NCBI GenBank assembly: GCA_038999725.1
Contig: JAWBWS010000002.1
Span: 32,001-96,000, forward strand
DNA length: 64,000 nt
Reading direction: 5' to 3'
Source of the DNA: Candidatus Aenigmatarchaeota archaeon
GTDB lineage: Archaea > Aenigmatarchaeota > Aenigmatarchaeia > CG10238-14 > SCSR01
The notes below the pieces were generated by a model. That model made no database searches. It saw only the letters and a list, made by a program, of their open reading frames with translations, and was not told where the DNA came from. The position numbers and the translations under genes are program-made. Of the stretch, positions 57,124-64,000 are shown one piece after another (within the stretch, counting starts at the first letter, position 1; each line of letters opens with the position of its first letter).

Positions 57124-58323
57124 ATGAAGGTTTGTATAATCAGTAGGGGGGACTTAAGCTTATTCCCACCCACTCAAGGTGCTTCTTACAAATTGTTCTA
57201 TACACTTAAAGCTCTCTCTGAAGCTGGGGTAGAAGTTTATTTTGTAACAGCTGAAGATGAATTTTACTATAGGGTTGAAGGAGGAAAATTTGAGAAAAAA
57301 CCTTACCCATCTTTGCTTAGAAACTCCAAGTTAAAACCCTTTCAAAAGAGACTTCTTTCTCTTATTGGCATACCTCATGATATATATCCTATCTACCATC
57401 CCTTGGTTAATTTTAAACTTTGGTTAAGACTCTTTTATGTGGCGAGAAAAGAAAAGATTGACATCATTCAAGCTGAATTTACCACTTTTGCTATTCCCGC
57501 TATTCTTGTGAAGCTATTAACAGGCATTCCGGTTTGTTTGGTTGAGCACAATGTAGAATCATTTCAGATTCCACAGATAACAGAAATAAGAGAAAGGGGG
57601 GAAAAGCTTGTAAGATTTGTGGAAAAGAATGTTTGTAACATTTCAGATAGTGTTATAGCTATAACAGAAGAAGATAAAAGACGTCTACAGCTCATAGGTG
57701 TGAAGAAAGAAAAAATTAAAGTTATACCTTTTGGAGTTGATTTAAAAGCATATAATGTTAAGAGAAGTGAAATTTCAAAAGTTAAGAAAAAACTCAAACT
57801 TAAGTTTCCTACTTTAGTTTTTCATGGCACTTATTCCTACAAACCAAATCTAGATGCAGTAAAATTTTTATCTCAAGTTGTCATGCCACATCTCAGAAAG
57901 AAGAAAATAAAAGCTAAACTCTTGGCTATAGGCGACTTCCCACCAAAAGATATAAAAGAAAAAGATGTAATTTTCACAGGAGTTGTTGAGAATTTGCCTA
58001 CATATTTAAAAGCAGCCGATATTGCTGTTGTTCCTATAGTAGCTGGAGGTGGGATGAGAATAAAAATTTTGGAGTATTTTGCCGCCCAGATACCAGTAGT
58101 TTCTACATCCTTTGGAGCGGAGGGTATACCTGTAAGAGATGGTGAAGAAATTGTTATTGCCAAACTAAAGGACTTCCCGGAAAAAGTGAAAAAGCTCATC
58201 AAAGAGAAAAGATTAAGAGAAATGATAAAGAGAAGGGCTTTTCTCTTCATAAAAGGGTGGGAGTGGAAAAAAATAATAGAAAAATACATAGAGGTTTATA
58301 GAGAGTTGACTAATAAGAATTAA
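57124..58323 (+). CDS. Glycosyltransferase family 4
   Basis: EHNVES, YKPNLDA, ADIAVVPI...GGMRIKILEYFAA; start MKVCII preferred. Confidence 0.92.
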   Translation: MKVCIISRGDLSLFPPTQGASYKLFYTLKALSEAGVEVYFVTAEDEFYYRVEGGKFEKKPYPSLLRNSKLKPFQKRLLSLIGIPHDIYPIYHPLVNFKLWLRLFYVARKEKIDIIQAEFTTFAIPAILVKLLTGIPVCLVEHNVESFQIPQITEIRERGEKLVRFVEKNVCNISDSVIAITEEDKRRLQLIGVKKEKIKVIPFGVDLKAYNVKRSEISKVKKKLKLKFPTLVFHGTYSYKPNLDAVKFLSQVVMPHLRKKKIKAKLLAIGDFPPKDIKEKDVIFTGVVENLPTYLKAADIAVVPIVAGGGMRIKILEYFAAQIPVVSTSFGAEGIPVRDGEEIVIAKLKDFPEKVKKLIKEKRLREMIKRRAFLFIKGWEWKKIIEKYIEVYRELTNKN

Positions 58324-58332
58324 GGTGTGTGA

Positions 58333-59469
58333 ATGAAAATTTTGTTTGTAACTCCTTTTTATCTATTTCCACCCTATTGGGGAGGGGGGACAAGAACTTA
58401 TAATTTAGTAAAACATCTTGCAAAAAACCATGAAGTTTTTTTAATATCGCCATTTTATAGACAGTTTGAAGAAAAGAGAATCAACACTCATAGATTCGAG
58501 CTCGAGAGATTGGGTGTAAAAGTGTTTACTCCAAATCCTTTAGTTAGGATTGAACATCCATTTACAAAACATATCAATCCAGAAGTTATTTTGAAGGGTT
58601 TAGAAATAATTTTGAAGGAAAAAATTGATGTGATGATTTGTGATTATCCTTGGGCTGGAATAAATGTTTTGGTCCTTCACTTTCTTACAAGAATACCCTT
58701 TATTCTCCATGAACACAACATAGAGTTTATAATTAAGGATGAAATTCGAGCAAAGTATGGGAGACTAATGAAACTACTAGAGCTTTTGTTATGTAAAGCT
58801 TCGAAAAAAGTAGTGGTTGTGTCTCAGAACGATAAAGAGTTAATGATAAAGACTTTGAAAGTGAACAAAAAGAAGATTAGTGTAGTTGAAAATGGATTTG
58901 ATAAAAATCTCTTCTATCCAAAGAGAAATAGCATGGAAAAAATTAGAAAGAAGTATAATTTGGGAAACAATCCAATTGTTCTGTTTTTCGGTAAACTTGA
59001 TTACCCACCAAATAAGGAAGCTGTGTTTAATATTAGATGGAAAATTATGCCAAAGGTATTGGAAAAAATTCCCAATGCTAAATTTCTCATAGTTGGGAAA
59101 AAATACGAGTTTGGTATAGAGCATGAGGCAATGGTCTTCACTGGTTTGGTTGATGATATTGAAAATTACATAAATGTGGCTGATGTTGTGATTGTTCCAA
59201 TTCTTGCAGGAAGTGGAACCAGGATTAAAATTTTGGAGGCAATAGCATGTGGTAAAGTTGTTGTTAGTACCTCAAAAGGAGCAGAAGGACTTATAAATGA
59301 GTTAACTAAACCTTTCTTGAAAATAAGTGATGATTGGGAAACTTTCTCTAATCTGATAGTTGAGAGTATTCAAAATCCAGAAAAAAAAGAAGTTCCAAAA
59401 GAATTTGAGGAAAAATATGCCTGGCAGAACATTTACAAGAAATTTAACAAAATATTGGAGAGTGTGTAG
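58333..59469 (+). CDS. Glycosyltransferase family 4
   Basis: PPYWGGGTR, LDYPPNKEA, GSGTRIKILEAIACG. Confidence 0.92.
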   Translation: MKILFVTPFYLFPPYWGGGTRTYNLVKHLAKNHEVFLISPFYRQFEEKRINTHRFELERLGVKVFTPNPLVRIEHPFTKHINPEVILKGLEIILKEKIDVMICDYPWAGINVLVLHFLTRIPFILHEHNIEFIIKDEIRAKYGRLMKLLELLLCKASKKVVVVSQNDKELMIKTLKVNKKKISVVENGFDKNLFYPKRNSMEKIRKKYNLGNNPIVLFFGKLDYPPNKEAVFNIRWKIMPKVLEKIPNAKFLIVGKKYEFGIEHEAMVFTGLVDDIENYINVADVVIVPILAGSGTRIKILEAIACGKVVVSTSKGAEGLINELTKPFLKISDDWETFSNLIVESIQNPEKKEVPKEFEEKYAWQNIYKKFNKILESV

Positions 59470-59473
59470 AAAA

Positions 59474-60469
59474 ATGAAAAAATTGGAAAAAATTGTGATA
59501 ATTGTTAGCATAGTGTGGATAGTATGGTATTTTTACTGTTGGTCCAAACCAACAAAACACATAAATCCTATAACCTATAAGGGGTTTGGATGGTATGGAT
59601 ATGTCGCTGAAGATGAAATAAATGAAGAGGTTTTGCGGGAAATAAAAGAAGTAGGAGGCAACGCCATTAACATTAACGTATATTATGAGTATGATTTAGA
59701 AAACGAGAGTTTTATTCTTCTTTCAAATCTAACAAAAATTAAGGAAAAAATAGAACTAGCACACAAGAATAACCTAGTAGTTTTTTTGTCACCATTTGTT
59801 AATCTTGTTGGAGGAGATTATACAGCCGGTAAAATCTCTAAACCTGAAAAGTTCTTAGAAGGAGCGAGAAATGTATCAATTGAACTAGCAGAATTTTGTG
59901 AAAAAAATAAAATTGAAATATACGCGGTTTGGAATGAATTAGGGCTTGCTATTCACAAGTTACCAAATTCTACAGAATTAACAAACGAGTGGTTGCAAAA
60001 TATTAGAAAAGAAGTCAAAAACGTTTATAGAGGCGTTCTTACAACTAAAGAAGGTGTTCAATTAGATTTGTATGAAAAATATGACTTTTCAGGCTATGAT
60101 TGTATTGGTCTTACCTTCTACCCATTCACAACATCTTTTGCCACTGATCCTTACACGAACATAACCTATGCTGGCGTTGAAAGTTTAGAAGAATATGAAA
60201 TAGTGGTGAAAGAAAAAATTGAAAAGATAATGGAACTAAAAGTAAAATACCGTATACCATGTGTAATTCTGGGAGAAATTGGTATTGATGTTGTTGGGGG
60301 GAAGTTCATAGATAGAGATCCTGTGAGCAAAAATATAAGGGCTATAGCTTATAAAACAATTTTGTCTCATGGATTAGAGATAATTGACGGTTTCTTTTTC
60401 AGTAAATTTGAAGAAGAAGGTAAAATAGATAGTGAATTAAAACAAGTCTTTCAAAGGTTCTTTCAATGA
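59474..60469 (+). CDS. Membrane-anchored clan GH-A-like glycoside hydrolase (TIM barrel)
   Basis: N-terminal TM from MKKLEK; AVWNEL (acid/base position) and ILGEIG (nucleophile position). Confidence 0.72.
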   Translation: MKKLEKIVIIVSIVWIVWYFYCWSKPTKHINPITYKGFGWYGYVAEDEINEEVLREIKEVGGNAININVYYEYDLENESFILLSNLTKIKEKIELAHKNNLVVFLSPFVNLVGGDYTAGKISKPEKFLEGARNVSIELAEFCEKNKIEIYAVWNELGLAIHKLPNSTELTNEWLQNIRKEVKNVYRGVLTTKEGVQLDLYEKYDFSGYDCIGLTFYPFTTSFATDPYTNITYAGVESLEEYEIVVKEKIEKIMELKVKYRIPCVILGEIGIDVVGGKFIDRDPVSKNIRAIAYKTILSHGLEIIDGFFFSKFEEEGKIDSELKQVFQRFFQ

Positions 60470-60474
60470 CATAA

Positions 60475-62190
60475 TCATTGTATTTCTATAAAACTAAGGA
60501 ATAAAAGCAAAAATAGAATGGTTAAAATAAAAACAAACTCATCTTTCATCAATATTTTTCTAACATGTTTGTTCTGAAATATCTCTTTACCCCATAGGAG
60601 AAATGTTACCAGAGTTACAGGAATCATAGAAAGGAATGGAACTCTTAGTGCTATCTTGAGGTAATTTGAAGACAACAAATCAATTTTATAAAACTTAAGG
60701 TACTGATCTGCTGTTCCAAATTGTGGTGACCAGTGTCTTATGTCAACTTCAACTTTACCGGAAATTATCTCTTCAAAAATTCTGCTTCTTGGACCATTTT
60801 TGAAAAATAAGGGTATATAATGCTCTTTTAAGGGGTTTTTGAGTATTTCAAATGAATTCAGCTGGCTGATGATTGGTGGTGTTGGCAAGTTGGGTAAGAA
60901 AGGTGCAAGTGTTTGTAGCCCTAGAAAGTTAGTAAAAATTGAGAGGCATGCGAAGAAGAGCAGATATTTTATCAGATTTTTTTTGAATATGAAGGCTAGA
61001 GGCAAACTTAAGAATGGAGCCAGGGGTGCAAGATACCTAGGTCCAAAACAAAGACCACCTGACCATGAGAAGTATAAAGAATTAGCTATAACAAAAACTA
61101 AAAAAATAGATATTATTAAGATGGCTTCTGCTTTGAATTTTTTCTTCATGAAATAGAGGCCTAAAAGGGAGAAAAGTAAAATTGGATAATGGAAGAAAAG
61201 TCCTCTTGCGGGATAGAATAATAGTCTCATGAAGATTACATGGATGTTGTAGTCTAAACCAGCAAAATATCTATTAAAAGGAATTAGTTCTCCATAGCCA
61301 ATGGAGCTCAGCTTAAAAAGGAACAATCTGAAAATGGTACTAGAGTAATATGAAAAAGTGTTAAAGACGTTTGAAAAAACAAAATGGTTGTAAATTAACA
61401 AAGGTAAAATGCCAAGCAATATTCCAAAAATAAAGCTAAGCTTGTTCTCCTTTTTCTTAAAACTATAGAAACAATAAGCTGATAATAAAGGTACTGTTAA
61501 GATAACAAACGGATTCGTGACAACAGAATATCCAAGGAATATCCCTGAAGAAAAATTCGTATGAAAGATTTTTCTTTCTTCTCTTTGCTTGTTTATAAAC
61601 AAAATGTAAAATGCAAGGAATGTGAGAAATGTGGATACAGCCTCGCTCTGGAATGTTAGTGAATAGGGAAAAATAGAGGTTCCTAAACCATAAACTATTG
61701 TTAAGAAAAGTCTAGTAGCATTATTTTTAATGAAAAATTCTGAAATTTTGTAAACAAGTACAACGCTTAAAGCTGAGAACAAGGAAGAAGTAAGGGTTGT
61801 GAGAAGTATCATTGAAGTTAATATGAAAAAACCAGGAGAAATAATCCTCAGAGCCAAGAACGGCTTTTCGACCAAATAATCTGAAGATCCTTTATGTACT
61901 TCTTTGAACCACTTGGGAAAAAAGTTGAAATAAACATCTTTCCATAGCTTGTAGATGAAGGAAGATAGGAAAGGTAATCCCGGTGTATCTTGGGAATAAA
62001 CGTGCCCAGCATGGTATACTCTATCACCTGTCTGATTTTGGAAACTATCGATTTCGAACCTGTTTTCTTCCACAATCGCACGAACCAAAGCAAAAAAGGA
62101 TTCTTCATTCCATGTCGACCAGTAAATGAAGAAAGAATAAATAAAGAAAAAAGTGAGGAAGATTCTCACCTCATAGTATCCTTTGGGCAT
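60475..62190 (-). CDS. Polytopic membrane protein, putative GT-C glycosyltransferase (paralog of 15047..16642)
   Basis: WNEESFFALVRAIVEENRFEIDSF.N.TGDR, WSGGLCFGPRY, GPRSRI motifs shared with 15047..16642. Confidence 0.75.
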   Translation of the reverse strand: MPKGYYEVRIFLTFFFIYSFFIYWSTWNEESFFALVRAIVEENRFEIDSFQNQTGDRVYHAGHVYSQDTPGLPFLSSFIYKLWKDVYFNFFPKWFKEVHKGSSDYLVEKPFLALRIISPGFFILTSMILLTTLTSSLFSALSVVLVYKISEFFIKNNATRLFLTIVYGLGTSIFPYSLTFQSEAVSTFLTFLAFYILFINKQREERKIFHTNFSSGIFLGYSVVTNPFVILTVPLLSAYCFYSFKKKENKLSFIFGILLGILPLLIYNHFVFSNVFNTFSYYSSTIFRLFLFKLSSIGYGELIPFNRYFAGLDYNIHVIFMRLLFYPARGLFFHYPILLFSLLGLYFMKKKFKAEAILIISIFLVFVIANSLYFSWSGGLCFGPRYLAPLAPFLSLPLAFIFKKNLIKYLLFFACLSIFTNFLGLQTLAPFLPNLPTPPIISQLNSFEILKNPLKEHYIPLFFKNGPRSRIFEEIISGKVEVDIRHWSPQFGTADQYLKFYKIDLLSSNYLKIALRVPFLSMIPVTLVTFLLWGKEIFQNKHVRKILMKDEFVFILTILFLLLFLSFIEIQ

Positions 62191-62221
62191 AAATTTATTT
62201 ATATTATCCCTATTATAAAAT

Positions 62222-63592
62222 ATGAAAATTGGAACTCAAACTGATTATTTACTTCTATCTAGAACTCTGAAAAAAGATGAGAAAATCCTTGATTCTACTC
62301 TCAGTGTATGTTCTTCTTGTTTCAAAATCATTCCAGCTTTGATAGTTGAAAATGATAAAAAAGTGTTTCTTAAAAAAGAGTGTTGTGAAAAAGAAAATGT
62401 ACTATTAGAAAATGATGTGGAATACTACAAAAAAGCTGTTTTTCCCTTTGTGATTGAACGGAATTTTTTAACTCTTGGTGAAAACAGATTTAGTGAAAAA
62501 ATACTTCAAAAGTTATATGACGAAGCTAGTTTTATCATGATAAATGTAACTTCCAGATGTAATTTAAACTGCCCTATTTGTTGTGCTGAATTGGCACCAA
62601 ATTATTTCCCGAGACGTGATTATCCCCTGGAAGATATTCTTAAGTTTATTGCCAAACAAAAATCCAAGATGATTCTGATAAGTGGTGGGGAACCAACAGT
62701 AAGAAAAGATTTGCCGAAGATTATAGAGGCGATTGTTAAGAGTGGTAATGTTCCTCTTTTATACACCAACGGTTTAATGCTTACTGATAGAAGATACGTT
62801 AGAAAACTCAAAAGAAGTGGTCTTAGATTGGTTTGCCTATCATTTGATGGATTTGATGATTTTGTATACCAAACATTAAGAGGTAGAAAACTGTTAAAAC
62901 AAAAATTACTTGCACTAAAAAATCTAAAAAAAGAGAAAATGTTGGTTTATCTTCTCTGCGCGGTTGCTAGAGGACTGAATGAGTTTCAAGTGAAACTTAT
63001 AGTAGAATTTGCAAAGCGAAATAGCGATTTTATAAGGGGTGTTCGATTTAGTCCCTTATATCCCAAGGAAGGTGAGAATGAAAGAGCTACTCCATCTGAT
63101 GTGATTAAAACTATAAAGTTCTATTTTCCAATGGTAAGTGAAGAAGATTTTATAGAGAGCAGAAGATTTTTCTACAATCTATATAGAACTACAAGAAAAC
63201 TGTCTAAAAAATTGGGAAAAAATTTCTCCTACCTCCTTCAAGAAAGTATGTATATTTACCTGAAGGTAAAAAACAACAAAATTGAGCCTGTGTTTTCTTC
63301 CACTTATCTTAAAAAAGTGAATAGAGTGTTAGAATCTTTTATTATGGAAAAAAGTAAAATCAGGTCGTTCTTTATTTTACTTAAAATTTTACCTTACCTC
63401 TTAAGCAAAGATTTATTGAGGTTAAGCATGGTTAGCCTTAAGAATTTGTTTGTTATGCCTAGAGCATCAATCTTTACCCCAAAGGATATTTTCATTCTTA
63501 AAGTTGGTGATCTCATATTCACAAAACTTGAAGATACAAGAAGGAAATTTTTTGGTGAAGGTGCCTTGCTTTTCTTAGAACCTTACCAATAG
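62222..63592 (+). CDS. Radical SAM protein, MJ0619/Tes-like N-terminal metal-binding domain, no C-terminal Cys cluster
   Basis: TLSVCSSCFKIIPALIVENDKKVFLKKECC; CNLNCPIC; SGGEPTVRKDL; LSFDGFDD. Confidence 0.85.
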   Translation: MKIGTQTDYLLLSRTLKKDEKILDSTLSVCSSCFKIIPALIVENDKKVFLKKECCEKENVLLENDVEYYKKAVFPFVIERNFLTLGENRFSEKILQKLYDEASFIMINVTSRCNLNCPICCAELAPNYFPRRDYPLEDILKFIAKQKSKMILISGGEPTVRKDLPKIIEAIVKSGNVPLLYTNGLMLTDRRYVRKLKRSGLRLVCLSFDGFDDFVYQTLRGRKLLKQKLLALKNLKKEKMLVYLLCAVARGLNEFQVKLIVEFAKRNSDFIRGVRFSPLYPKEGENERATPSDVIKTIKFYFPMVSEEDFIESRRFFYNLYRTTRKLSKKLGKNFSYLLQESMYIYLKVKNNKIEPVFSSTYLKKVNRVLESFIMEKSKIRSFFILLKILPYLLSKDLLRLSMVSLKNLFVMPRASIFTPKDIFILKVGDLIFTKLEDTRRKFFGEGALLFLEPYQ

Positions 63593-63621
63593 ATTAATTT
63601 AATCTAGTCAATGGGTTAATT

Positions 63622-64000
63622 ATGAAGATTTGCTTAATAGACCCTGGTTTTACCTTTTACCCTTATCAGTCTCTTGGAATACTCTACATAGGATCTTTTC
63701 TTGAAGAAAATGGAAAAGAAGTGTGTTTTCTTAATTTCTCGGGCCAAAAGATTGATGAAGAAAAAATTAGAAAAATTCTCACAGATATAAAACCAGATAT
63801 ACTCGGGATTACCTGTGCATTTGGACAAATAAAGAGAACTCTTCTGATAAGCAAGGTTGCAAAAGAGTTAGGTGCTAAGGTAGTTTGCGGGGGACTTGCT
63901 CCAACTGCGCTTCCTATGTCGTTTATTGAAAATGATTGCATAGATTATGTTGTGGTGGGAGAGGGTGAACATACTATGCTTGAGTTATGTGAAGCAATAG
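63622..64000 (+). CDS. Cobalamin-binding domain radical SAM protein (5' part, truncated by the window)
   Basis: Not in the ORF track. MKICLIDPG...SLGILYIGSFLEENG...KPDILGIT...VVCGGLAPTALP...DYVVVGEGEHT. Confidence 0.88.
   Translation, partial: MKICLIDPGFTFYPYQSLGILYIGSFLEENGKEVCFLNFSGQKIDEEKIRKILTDIKPDILGITCAFGQIKRTLLISKVAKELGAKVVCGGLAPTALPMSFIENDCIDYVVVGEGEHTMLELCEAI

Noticed and set aside
62222..63592. Calling it tes or moaA
   Set aside because: Lacks the C-terminal Cys ligands required by either family, so no gene symbol was assigned.

Overview
Archaeal chromosomal window. Tandem rfcS/rfcL and the surface-protein repertoire suggest a DPANN-like lineage (inference). 1-13.7 kb: replication factor C, then secreted or membrane surface proteins (Ig-like, Cys-rich, a 1.36-kaa GNVGIGT-repeat/LamG adhesin-like protein) and two divergent HTH genes around a repeat- and palindrome-rich intergenic region. 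From 13.7 kb to the window end is a cell-surface glycan-type locus: three GT-C membrane glycosyltransferases, a Wzm/Wzt ABC exporter, a coiled-coil protein, GT2, two GT4, two AlkP-superfamily proteins, two clan GH-A-like TIM barrels, an SGNH hydrolase and a carbamoyltransferase-SxtJ-DUF5989 module. Inside it is the striking feature: 24 intact, diverged paralogous radical SAM enzymes with a C-terminal SPASM/twitch-type Cys domain between 22194 and 56883. An MJ0619/Tes-like radical SAM and a truncated cobalamin-binding radical SAM follow at the right edge, so the locus continues beyond the window. No RRE/PqqD domain or convincing RiPP precursor is evident. One paralog is fused to a coiled coil with an amphipathic tail like the WbdD glycan-chain rulers. 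The best working hypothesis is an undescribed radical-SAM glycan-tailoring system diversified by duplication and gene conversion. No RNA genes, CRISPR array or transposases were recognised.
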